Assembly (NCBI GenBank): GCA_017553625.1
Contig: JAFZKP010000013.1
Location: 374-64,373, forward strand
Length of the DNA stretch: 64,000 bases
DNA from: Bacteroidales bacterium
GTDB taxonomy: Bacteria; Bacteroidota; Bacteroidia; Bacteroidales; F082
Direction: 5' to 3'
A program made the position numbers and the translations under genes. The first letter of the stretch is position 1, and each line of letters opens with the position of its first letter. The notes under the pieces are model-generated. The model ran no database searches. It saw only the letters and a list, made by a program, of their open reading frames with translations, and was not told the origin of the DNA. Below are positions 29,981 through 39,085 of the stretch, piece by piece.

Positions 29981-31216
29981 ATGGTTAAAGTAGAAAGTAA
30001 AGCTAAGGAAAACCCTAAGCTCGCACAGCGTATTATGCAAGATGGCAGAATAAGTCTTTACCTCGAGTATTATCTTGGAAGACACAGCGAAATGGTCGTT
30101 GATGACAACGGTCTACCTGTTTTGTATGAGTCCGGCAAAATGGCAGGAACACCAAAATATAAGGTAGTACATAACAGACGAAAAGAAAATCTCGACTTAT
30201 ATCTCATAGCCAATCCTCGCACTCCAGCCGAAAGGCATCTTAACAAGGTTACTATCGAACTCGCTCAAAAAATCAGATTTGAACGCCAACAGGAATTCCT
30301 TGAAAACAGAGACGGATACAGGCTGAAGAAAGACAAGCAAATCAATTTTTTAGATTACTTCCAAACCTACATCGACAACTACACAAAGAAAGATGTTAGA
30401 GTGCTCACTATGGCATTGAACAGATTTAAGAAATTTTTATCCGAAACAACTGAATATAAAAAATATGTGAAAGGCATTCTGCCGGAGCAGATTGACAGAG
30501 ACATGGTTTTGGCGTTCACCGAGTTCCTCCAAGCAGGTAGCGTTGGGGAAGGAGCGAAGTGTATTTATCAACGTTTCAAGAAAGTGATAAACTATGCCAT
30601 CGACCACGACGACATGAATAAAAACCCATGCAAGGGAATCTCTATCGCATTCGACAAAAACGTTTTAAGAAAGGAATGGCTTTCAGCCGATGAGATAAAG
30701 CAACTTCTTGCAATACATGAGCCAAAGCAAAATCAGGAGATTAGAAGAGCATTTATTCTCAGCTTATATTGTGGTATAAGATTTTGTGATGTCAAAGATT
30801 TGACTTATGCCAATGTCGATTACTCAAACAGGCTGCTTAAATTTGAGCAAAGCAAAACAAAAGGACATTCATCAAAAAGCGTTGTGGTGCTGCCGCTCAA
30901 CGACGGTTTGTTAAGCATTATAGGCGAACCTAAAAACAACGACAAAAACGAGCTCCTGTTCCACCTGCCGTCATATACCATGTGTATCAAGTCGTTGCAA
31001 AGATGGGTGAAACATGCCGGAATAGAAAAGCATATAACATGGCACTGCGCCAGACACTCTTTCGCAACCAATATTTTGAACAACGGCGCAAACATACAAA
31101 CCGTTGCCGAGCTTTTAGGACATTCAGGATTAAAGGAAACAGCCAAATACACCAGAGCCGTCGATGAACTCAAACAAAAAGCAATCGATAGTTTGCCATC
31201 TTTGGAAATCATTTGA
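29981..31216 (+). CDS. Site-specific tyrosine recombinase/integrase
   Basis: 411 aa with 'GIRFCDVKDLT', 'WHCARHSFATNIL', 'VAELLGHSGLKETAKYTR' (R..HxxR..Y catalytic pattern) and a Bacteroidetes-type N-terminal arm/SAM-like region. Confidence 0.92.
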   Translation: MVKVESKAKENPKLAQRIMQDGRISLYLEYYLGRHSEMVVDDNGLPVLYESGKMAGTPKYKVVHNRRKENLDLYLIANPRTPAERHLNKVTIELAQKIRFERQQEFLENRDGYRLKKDKQINFLDYFQTYIDNYTKKDVRVLTMALNRFKKFLSETTEYKKYVKGILPEQIDRDMVLAFTEFLQAGSVGEGAKCIYQRFKKVINYAIDHDDMNKNPCKGISIAFDKNVLRKEWLSADEIKQLLAIHEPKQNQEIRRAFILSLYCGIRFCDVKDLTYANVDYSNRLLKFEQSKTKGHSSKSVVVLPLNDGLLSIIGEPKNNDKNELLFHLPSYTMCIKSLQRWVKHAGIEKHITWHCARHSFATNILNNGANIQTVAELLGHSGLKETAKYTRAVDELKQKAIDSLPSLEII

Positions 31217-31258
31217 TTTTTTGTACAGCCAACTAGTATAACCCTAAACTTTAGAGCT

Positions 31259-31972
31259 ATGAAAAGAGACTACGAAAAGCTTTGCAACCTGTTACTTATA
31301 CCATACGACCAAGCTGTGGAAAGAGACCTAATCGAAGATATGCCCGACAATGATCTACATAATCTAATATCTTTTCTTATCGATGATGCGCTTAATTATT
31401 CAAACGACAATGTAAGATATGGTACAAGAGCTTACATCAGTCGTTTCGAGTCAGTGACCGATGAGCAGCTGAACCGTTTTTGCATGGAGTTTTCGGAATA
31501 TGAATATTGGGCTAAACTAATGCTGAGTTATCTTGAATTTAATAAAAATTGGCGAGTGGAAAAGATAAGCTGTAAAAATGCAGCAAACAACATCCTGTCA
31601 ATATTTGATTATTACCACACGAAAACCGTTCCCAAACTCTGGCTTGACAACAAACCAGCAATGTGTTGTAAAAACAATATCAAACAGCCAACTATACCAA
31701 ACGAATTAAATATAGGTAAAGCACAACAATATTTTTTGCGAGCCTATAATATGAAACTTTTAAATAACAATTACAAATGGAATGCGTCCCATGCCAAACT
31801 CGGCTTTTTCTGCATGAAAGCTTATAACCAACCGCGACCAATCACTGAATTGGAAAGTTTCTTCGGTGTTAAGAACCTGGCAGCTTCAATCACCCAAGCA
31901 AGCTACGAACCCAAAAGAAACGATGTTATCTGTTGGCGCAAAGCTATGGATGAGAAAATCTTTTTCGACTAA
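31259..31972 (+). CDS. Hypothetical protein (island-associated)
   Basis: 237-aa ATG ORF co-directional with the integrase. No family recognised. Confidence 0.55.
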   Translation: MKRDYEKLCNLLLIPYDQAVERDLIEDMPDNDLHNLISFLIDDALNYSNDNVRYGTRAYISRFESVTDEQLNRFCMEFSEYEYWAKLMLSYLEFNKNWRVEKISCKNAANNILSIFDYYHTKTVPKLWLDNKPAMCCKNNIKQPTIPNELNIGKAQQYFLRAYNMKLLNNNYKWNASHAKLGFFCMKAYNQPRPITELESFFGVKNLAASITQASYEPKRNDVICWRKAMDEKIFFD

Positions 31973-32177
31973 TACCCATATAATAAGGACTGTATAATGG
32001 ACTATATAAAAACTATATATAGCCCATTTTTTTATTTTCCTATGCCATATATTTTTGCATCAGCAAATTGCAGACACAGTAAAGGCTAACGCTGAGAATG
32101 CAATGAGCATGATGGCAAAGAAAGGGACGTAAGTTAGCCGCGCATCCCCGGACAGCCACAACCTCAATAATTATAAT

Positions 32178-32465
32178 ATGAATAATGAGGAATTAAACGA
32201 GGTCGCCAACCTCGTTACGGCAAACATTATCTCCACAACTAAAGAAGTCCTTACAAGTGAGGAAGCCGCCAAGTACATGGGTATTTCAAAATCATACCTT
32301 TATAAGCTGACAATGCGGCAACAAATACCTCACTACAAACCGATGGGTAAGATGTGCTATTTCAATCGCATCGAATTGGAAGAATGGTTGCAGAACAATC
32401 GTATCGCAACCGACGATGAAATCACTCAAAAAGCTAATAACTATTGTATGCGTAAAAGGAGATAA
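32178..32465 (+). CDS. Helix-turn-helix DNA-binding protein (excisionase/AlpA-like)
   Basis: 95 aa with 'LTSEEAAKYMGISKSYLYKLTMRQQIPHYKPMGKMCYFNRIELEEWL'. Confidence 0.75.
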   Translation: MNNEELNEVANLVTANIISTTKEVLTSEEAAKYMGISKSYLYKLTMRQQIPHYKPMGKMCYFNRIELEEWLQNNRIATDDEITQKANNYCMRKRR

Positions 32466-32467
32466 CT

Positions 32468-32713
32468 ATGGAAACAACAAACACTAACCCAATCAGCAGC
32501 ACTCCACTCGAAGACTGGATTGATAACTACACAGTCATCCACCTCCTCCACATCAGCGCACGCACCCTCCAGACGCTCCGCGCCAACAACACACTCCCTT
32601 ATTCAAGGATAAACAACAAGATTTATTATCGCCGTCAAGATCTGCAACAGGTCTTGGCCGACAACTATGTACCATCAGCAATCGAATTCACCCATGGAAA
32701 AATTATCAAGTAA
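32468..32713 (+). CDS. Helix-turn-helix DNA-binding protein (excisionase/MerR-like)
   Basis: 81 aa with 'ISARTLQTLRANNTLPYSRINNKIYYRRQDLQQVL'. It is a tandem paralogue arrangement with the preceding gene. Confidence 0.7.
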   Translation: METTNTNPISSTPLEDWIDNYTVIHLLHISARTLQTLRANNTLPYSRINNKIYYRRQDLQQVLADNYVPSAIEFTHGKIIK

Positions 32714-33248
32714 ACTGACGCGATTCTCATTCTTCTGTCGCCCAATCATCAATACAAAGCCTTCTTATAAATACACTTTGCATGATGCATATAATTATAT
32801 AACAGGTGATGATGCCAAGCTAACCACAGCCACGCTTCGCCAGATAACCGATGCCCAGCAAGCTCGCGACTTCAAGGCCGCCAATTTCGACTACTGCACG
32901 TTCAGTGGTGTCTTTAACAAAAGAAGCGACAAAGAATTGAAGCAACACTCAGGCCTCCTCTGCCTCGATTTCGACCACCTGAAGAACCTCGAAGAGGTTC
33001 GCCAACAGCTGCTTAATGATGATTATTTCGAAACTCAGCTTTTATTTGTCTCTCCCTCTGGCAATGGTCTGAAGTGGATAATCGAAATCGACCTCTCGCA
33101 AACTACCCATGCTGACTATTTCCGAGCTGTAGCTAATTATCTCAAACAGACCTACAATGTCGATGTCGACAAATCCGGCAAAGATATCTCCCGAGCTTGT
33201 TTTCTTCCTTATGACCCCGATTGTTACATCAATCCTAAAAATCTCTAA
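32694..33248 (+). CDS. BT4734-like / VirE N-terminal (primase-like) domain protein
   Basis: Has 'KPSYKYTLHDAYNYI...FDYCTFSGVF..R....L..HSGLLCLDFDHL...LLFVSPSGNGLKWI'. The start is set at the ATG at 32694 (MEKLSS); the track start is 32667. Confidence 0.7.
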   Translation: MEKLSSKLTRFSFFCRPIINTKPSYKYTLHDAYNYITGDDAKLTTATLRQITDAQQARDFKAANFDYCTFSGVFNKRSDKELKQHSGLLCLDFDHLKNLEEVRQQLLNDDYFETQLLFVSPSGNGLKWIIEIDLSQTTHADYFRAVANYLKQTYNVDVDKSGKDISRACFLPYDPDCYINPKNL

Positions 33249-33250
33249 TT

Positions 33251-35023
33251 ATGAAGAAAAATTTCAACCCTTCAGAATGGTTAAATAAAAAAGGAGGCTC
33301 GTCAGAGCCTCCAATCACTGTCCCCGAGTGTTCCAATCACACTTTAGAAGATGAAATAGAAGCGTTAACTTCAGCTGTCGAATCCTCATGCACCGATATC
33401 GCTCCCGACTACACCTCTTAGCGTGATCTCGGCTTCGCCCTCGCCGACGCTCTTGGCGAATATGGCCGTTCCTACTTCCATCGTCTATCTCGTTTCTATC
33501 CTGGCTACGATGAGCGTGAAACCGACAAACAGTTCTCTGCCTGTCTTAACTCACACGGCTCAGGCATTACCATTAACACGCTATTTCATCTTGCCAAAGA
33601 AGCAGGTATCCTGATGATTCGTAATACATATTCCCCAGTTTCCCCAATTTCCCCAGTTTCCCCACATGGGGAAACTGGGGAAACGGAGGAATTTGAGGAA
33701 ACCGACTTATCCGAGCCTATGCCAACTTTCTCTCAGGAGATTTACAGCTTCCTTCCTGGTCTTCTTTACGATATCATCCGCAAAGCAAACAACAACGAAG
33801 ATGCAGATCTGCTAATCCTCGGTTCTATGACAGCTATATCAGCTTGTCTTCCCAACATCTCCGGCAACTATGCTGAGCGTGAAGTCTATCCCAATCTGTT
33901 TTTGTTCGTTTCTGCACAAGCTTCAGCTGGCAAAGGTCGCCTAACCCTATGCCGTCATCTTATCAAACCGATACATGACAATCTCAAAAAACTTTACTCT
34001 ATGGAAATGGAAGAATACCGCCGTTTGCAAAACGAATATGTCCAGGACAAGAAAAACCGTGAAGCACCTGCCGAACCGCCGATAAAAACGCTCCTCATTC
34101 CTGCAAATAGTTCAGCCACATCCGTCTATCAGATGCTGAACGACAACTTGGGCATCGGTTTGATTTTTGAAACTGAAGGCGACACATTGGCCAACACTTT
34201 CAAGTCCGACTACGGCAACTTCTCCGATGGCTTCCGTAAAGCTTTCCATCACGAAATGATATCCTACACCAGGCGTAAGGACCGCGAATTCGTAGAGCTT
34301 ACTAAACCACGTCTTTCGGCTCTTCTTTCTGGCACACCTCATCAGATACTTACGCTCATCCCCGACACATAGAACGGACTTTTTAGTCGGTTCATCTTTT
34401 ACATCATGAATCTCCGTCTTGAATGGAGAAACGTGTTCTCCGAAAGCACCGACACTCTTGATGAATACTTCGAAAACTTGGGGTACCGTTTTTTCGAGTT
34501 TTATCAAACTCTTCAAAACTCTCATCCTATCAGATTTTCACTGTCCGCTTGTCAACAAGACGAATTCAACAAATTCTTTGCCAAAGTTCAGGAAGAATAC
34601 TCGTCTATGTTTGGTCTTGATATAGTCGCATCTGTGCGCCGTTTCGGTCTCATAACCTTTCGTCTTGCCATGATTCTAACCACACTTCGATTTATGGACG
34701 GTCAAACAGCTGCGCCTGTTGTTGTCTGCAACGACACCGACTTCCAAACCTCGCTCAGCATGGCTCGTGTGCTTCTGCAGCACACCGCTAAAGTCTTCGG
34801 CAAACTTCCGGCTACTGAAATCACTTCTCAGAGAGCTTCACAAAACACCATGATTCGTCAGCTGTTCTTCGACCGTTTACCACCCGATTTCGACCGCCCG
34901 ACATATATTGCCATTGCAAAGCAGCTCAATATCCCTATCAAAACCGCCGAAAAACAAATCGCCCGCCTTTGCGAAAAAGGCTTGCTCAAACACGTTTCTC
35001 AAGGCATCTATAGCAAACCGTAA
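33251..35023 (+). pseudogene. PriCT-2 + DUF3987 (helicase-like) replication gene interrupted by two in-frame TAG codons
   Basis: One continuous frame runs from the ATG at 33251 to the TAA at 35021-35023. The only stops in it are TAG at 33419-33421 ('APDYTS*RDLGFALADALGE', a position normally W in PriCT-2) and TAG at 34370-34372 ('LIPDT*NGLFSRFIFY'). Track ORFs 33614..34372 and 34406..35023 are fragments of this frame. Confidence 0.75.
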
Positions 35024-35084
35024 GTTGAAATAATTTTTAAACACCATTCGATTTTTTGAAATAATTAGTAATTTTGCAGACGAT

Positions 35085-36548
35085 ATGAACGAGAAAAACA
35101 TAAAAGACACACTGCTGAAAGGAGAACGCGTTACACTTGAAGCAAAACGTGCAAAAACAGAGGTTCCTAAATCTGTTTGGGAATCCTATTCCGCTTTTGC
35201 AAACACTATCGGCGGACTTATTTTGCTTGGCGTTGATGAAGACCGAAAAGAAAAAGACCCGGCAAAAAGGTTTCATATTATCGGAGTCGATGATGCCCAG
35301 AAGATAGTCACCGACTTTTGGAATACCATCAACAGCGATAAGGTTAACGAAAACATCCTTACCGATAACGACGTTAATATTGTTACTATCGACGGCGTTC
35401 AAATTGTCTTCATCCATGTTCCGCAAGCCGATTGGCGCATTAAGCCAATCTTCCTGAATGGCAATGTGTATAAAGGTACATATCGACGCAATCATGAGGG
35501 CGACTATCATTGTTCCGAACGACAGGTAAAAGCCATGATACGCGACTCTATCGAAGATGGCAACGACGGCATCCTGATTGAACACTACGACATGAACGAC
35601 ATCGACCTCGACACACTGCACCGCTACCGTACATTGTTTCAGTATCGCAACGAAGGTCACGTGTGGAATGAAGTTGATGATAAAACATTCCTTCGTAATT
35701 TGGGAGGATATGCTGTCGATAGGGAAGCTGGTAAAGAAGGCCTGACAATGGCAGGTCTGATGATGTTTGGCAAAGGGCTTTCCGTACGTGAGCGTTTCGA
35801 TAACTTTCGCATGGACTATCTCGATTTTTGCAACCTTATTGGCGAGGAGCGTTATAGCGACCGTCTCACTTATGATGGACGCTGGGAAAACAATCTTTAT
35901 CAGTTCTTCAGCCGTGTGTTGCCTAAAATGACTGCCGACCTGCCTCGTCCGTTCCGAATGGAAGGTGTGCAGCGCGTTGATGACACTCCTCAGCACAAAG
36001 CTGTGCGTGAGGCATTCACCAATGCAATAATACACGCCGATTTTATTATGGAATCAGGAATTTTGCGCATCGAAAAACACAACGACAAACTTGTATTCCG
36101 CAATCCTGGGTTGCTTAAACTGCCTATAGAGCAAGTTTACCAAGGTGGCGTTTCGTTTGCGCGTAATCCTAAAATTCAGAATATGCTTCGTATGGTTGGC
36201 TATGGCGAAAACATAGGTTCTGGTTTTCCGTTGATTCTCAATGCTTGGAAACAGACCGACTGGGGCGAACCTGAGCTGAAAAACAAAATCGACCTCGACG
36301 AAATGGAACTGGTGTTGCCGGTGCCAAACGTCACAGAAACTACCCAGAAAACTACCCAGAAAACTACCCAGAAAATTCTGGAACTCATACAGCAAAATGC
36401 TTATATCACCAGAAAAGAGTTGGCTGAAAAATGTGGAGTGTCGTCCGATGGTATCAAATGGCAGCTGCGTCAGATGCAAAACAAAAACATCATTCGCCGC
36501 ATCGGTCCCGACAAAGGTGGTTATTGGGAGTTAGTTCCGCAAAACTAA
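35085..36548 (+). CDS. AlbA_2/Schlafen-like putative DNA-binding domain + HATPase_c_4-like + wHTH protein
   Basis: 487 aa. Has 'GERVTLEAKRAKTEVPKSVWESYSAFANTIGG.ILLGVDE', 'REAFTNAIIHADF' and a C-terminal 'ITRKELAEKCGVSSDGIKWQLRQMQNKNIIRRIG' wHTH. Confidence 0.8.
   Translation: MNEKNIKDTLLKGERVTLEAKRAKTEVPKSVWESYSAFANTIGGLILLGVDEDRKEKDPAKRFHIIGVDDAQKIVTDFWNTINSDKVNENILTDNDVNIVTIDGVQIVFIHVPQADWRIKPIFLNGNVYKGTYRRNHEGDYHCSERQVKAMIRDSIEDGNDGILIEHYDMNDIDLDTLHRYRTLFQYRNEGHVWNEVDDKTFLRNLGGYAVDREAGKEGLTMAGLMMFGKGLSVRERFDNFRMDYLDFCNLIGEERYSDRLTYDGRWENNLYQFFSRVLPKMTADLPRPFRMEGVQRVDDTPQHKAVREAFTNAIIHADFIMESGILRIEKHNDKLVFRNPGLLKLPIEQVYQGGVSFARNPKIQNMLRMVGYGENIGSGFPLILNAWKQTDWGEPELKNKIDLDEMELVLPVPNVTETTQKTTQKTTQKILELIQQNAYITRKELAEKCGVSSDGIKWQLRQMQNKNIIRRIGPDKGGYWELVPQN
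36339..36374 (+). repeat. In-frame 12-nt tandem repeat x3 (ACTACCCAGAAA = TTQK)
   Basis: Three perfect copies in the linker before the wHTH of the 35085..36548 gene. Confidence 0.9.
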
Positions 36549-36556
36549 AATAATAT

Positions 36557-36586
36557 AAATGCCTGGTTCGAGAACCAGGCATTTTT
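36557..36586. terminator. Bidirectional terminator hairpin between convergent genes
   Basis: 'aaatgcctggtt-cgag-aaccaggcattttt' has a perfect 12-bp stem with A/T runs on both sides. Confidence 0.7.
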
Positions 36587-37977
36587 CAATTCCCATAATT
36601 CCTACGATTCCTACACGTAGCAATCTTCATTTTTTTCCCATTTACTTTTGCCCAATGCCTTAAGTAACACAGGACCTCCACATGTTTCTCATATTTATCA
36701 CTTGAATAGCTACTACATTCTTCAAAAAGCTCTTCATAGTTATATGGAATATTATCACCTGTTAGGCTATCATCTATGGTCTGACCCATATGTGCGAATG
36801 CTAAAGTGTAATATTCCAAGGCTTTAATACGGTTTACGGATGTACCGACACCATATAAAAAACAATCACCTAATGCCCATTGTGCATTTCCCCAATCATA
36901 TTCTGCAGCTATAGTGAAACACTTTACTGCATGTTCATAGTTTTGTGGGACATCGTGCCCTGCGCTATCTTTTCCATCCACATAATCATATCCCATTTCT
37001 GTTAAGGAAGCTAAGATATCATAAGAAAAATCTCCTGTCCATCCATCGTGATTCAATGCTCTGCGATACCATTTCATGGCTAACAGGTAATTAATCCTAA
37101 CTCCATACAACCCAAGGGAATAACAATCACCCAATTCCGACTGCGCAACTGGTTCATCATTAAATGCTGCCTCTGTATATAATTCCACACCACGCTTAAA
37201 GTCTTGTTTAACACCAATTCCTTGAACATAGCATCGCCCCAAAGCAGTCTTTGCGCAAATAATGCCCTGCTCGACAACCTTTGAATACAAATTAAATGCC
37301 TTTTTCCCATTTTTTTTCACTCCTAACCCATAATCAAACATTGTCCCCAACCCAAATTGCGCCGCAATATTTCCTTGTTTCGCTCGTCTAAAGATATAAT
37401 TAATAGCTTCTTTGCACTTGTAGTTTCTTGAAAATTCGATTTCCCATGCAACTTCTTGATACCAACTACATGCCTCCTCATTGTTTTGTGGAACGCATTT
37501 TCCTTTGAGAAAACAGTTCCCCAATTTACACATTGCTAACAAATCCTTATTCTCTACTGCCTTTTTCAACCATTCAATCATCATGCTATCATTATCATTA
37601 GTAATAGGCATGTCCAACACTCTGTATATATACATCATAGTAATTGTTCGCATAGCTTTATCATGACCACTCATCGCAGCTTTTGTATAATACACAAAAG
37701 CTTTACCCAAATCAGGTTGAACACCCATACCTTTTGCGTAACATTCGCCCAAATGATACCATCCGTCATGTTTTCCCTCATTTGCATCTCTGTTATATAA
37801 TTCCAGTTGTTTTTTCACCACTTCTGCATTGCAATATGAAGGAGTAAATCCATAATGTTTGTACAGAATGGTTAATCCATCCAATACCTTATCATCGCCG
37901 AATTTATCTGCGATATCATCCATCAATTCTTCGAAGCTCAGATCTTTGAAATCACTGTTTGTCCTATTAGTTTCCAT
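36586..37977 (-). CDS. Sel1-like (SLR/TPR) repeat protein
   Basis: 463 aa with multiple 'G.C(Y/F)..G.GV..D..KA...Y..AA' repeats, for example 'LGECYAKGMGVQPDLGKAFVYYTKAA'. Confidence 0.85.
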   Translation of the reverse strand: METNRTNSDFKDLSFEELMDDIADKFGDDKVLDGLTILYKHYGFTPSYCNAEVVKKQLELYNRDANEGKHDGWYHLGECYAKGMGVQPDLGKAFVYYTKAAMSGHDKAMRTITMMYIYRVLDMPITNDNDSMMIEWLKKAVENKDLLAMCKLGNCFLKGKCVPQNNEEACSWYQEVAWEIEFSRNYKCKEAINYIFRRAKQGNIAAQFGLGTMFDYGLGVKKNGKKAFNLYSKVVEQGIICAKTALGRCYVQGIGVKQDFKRGVELYTEAAFNDEPVAQSELGDCYSLGLYGVRINYLLAMKWYRRALNHDGWTGDFSYDILASLTEMGYDYVDGKDSAGHDVPQNYEHAVKCFTIAAEYDWGNAQWALGDCFLYGVGTSVNRIKALEYYTLAFAHMGQTIDDSLTGDNIPYNYEELFEECSSYSSDKYEKHVEVLCYLRHWAKVNGKKMKIATCRNRRNYGN

Positions 37978-38031
37978 AGTGTAAGTGTTTTATTGTTAAT
38001 ACTAATTAGTAAGCATCACATGTTCAGCTAC

Positions 38032-38039
38032 AAAATTAG
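38032..38039 (-). promoter_or_regulatory. Bacteroidetes -7 promoter box (TAATTTTG)
   Basis: Plus 'caaaatta', about 55 nt upstream of the ATG at 37977. Confidence 0.35.
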
Positions 38040-38199
38040 TAAAGCAAAAAGGCAAATACTACATAGTACTAATATAGTATTATAATAAAAAGAGAATGTA
38101 AATTTACATCAAACTCCTAAAGCTAAATAATGTACACTAGTGACTTAAAGCTACTCCAGCACTCCGATGTAAATAGCCTGGAAATCGTAAAGGATATAG

Positions 38200-38766
38200 T
38201 TATCTAGAACTTAGGTATTCTTTGGTTTTAACTTTGACATCATCAATTGCTTCATCAATTGAAACAGGTCTGTTGTCATGTGCATCCAACGATACATTAT
38301 ACATATATGGCAATCCATTATAAAACTTCTCTTTTGAGTGAGTGTGCCCAAAGAAATTAACAGTCCACTCCTTAGGTTTCTTTTCTGTTTCCAAATCGAC
38401 AGTAATTGACGGAAAATGGCTTAGATAATACTCACGGCCTTTATATCGAATTAACTTAGCATATAAAACCTCGATAATGCTTCTTTCATTTTTATATAAA
38501 TCAATTCGAGCATCTGTGTCATGATTGCCAAGAATGATGTGTTTTTTACCTTTCAATCGACGAATAATGGTCATGCCCTCTTCGTTGTTATGTTCTTTTC
38601 CGCCGACCATCAAATCGCCTAGGATGTAAACATCATCATCGTCATTTACTATTTCATTCCAGTTTTTTTCGATAGCGGCATTCATGTCTTCTGCACTTTG
38701 AAATCCTCGTGGTTCATATATAAAGAATCTGTGATATAGGTGTAAATCTGACGTAAGATATATCAT
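38200..38766 (-). CDS. Calcineurin-like metallophosphoesterase
   Basis: 188 aa with 'IYLTSDLHLYH', 'ILGDL', 'LGNHD' and 'FGHTH'. Confidence 0.8.
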   Translation of the reverse strand: MIYLTSDLHLYHRFFIYEPRGFQSAEDMNAAIEKNWNEIVNDDDDVYILGDLMVGGKEHNNEEGMTIIRRLKGKKHIILGNHDTDARIDLYKNERSIIEVLYAKLIRYKGREYYLSHFPSITVDLETEKKPKEWTVNFFGHTHSKEKFYNGLPYMYNVSLDAHDNRPVSIDEAIDDVKVKTKEYLSSR

Positions 38767-39048
38767 GCTTTGAGAGTTTTATAATCTGCAGCAAAGATAT
38801 GAATTTTTAATCAAAAAATAATAGAGTAACATTAAATATTATGAATGTGCTAGTTTTCATCAAATCTAGACAGTTATAAATCATTCATTAAGAGAAGTAC
38901 TATAATAATCCCATATAGTGTAGTGTTGATTTTTGCAATATATTTGCATTCGACAAATAATGATTAAACACACGCTTAGAAAACACATGGTATTATTTGA
39001 CATCAAAAATATGATATTCCGATAATTGTGTTTATAGTAGTTTTTTAT

Positions 39049-39056
39049 TATTTTTG
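39049..39056 (+). promoter_or_regulatory. Bacteroidetes -7 promoter box (TATTTTTG)
   Basis: TAnnTTTG match about 30 nt upstream of the ATG at 39086. A second match (TATATTTG) lies near 38.94 kb. Confidence 0.45.
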
Positions 39057-39085
39057 CAATTATTAATTAATAAGACATCATCTAT

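Noticed and set aside
35037-36035. 332-aa minus-strand ORF opposite the AlbA_2-family gene, and 34112..34525 (-) and 33423..33614 (+) around the DUF3987 gene
   Set aside because: They are shadow ORFs. The plus-strand frame carries clear family motifs, and these alternatives are C/F/V-rich with no motifs.
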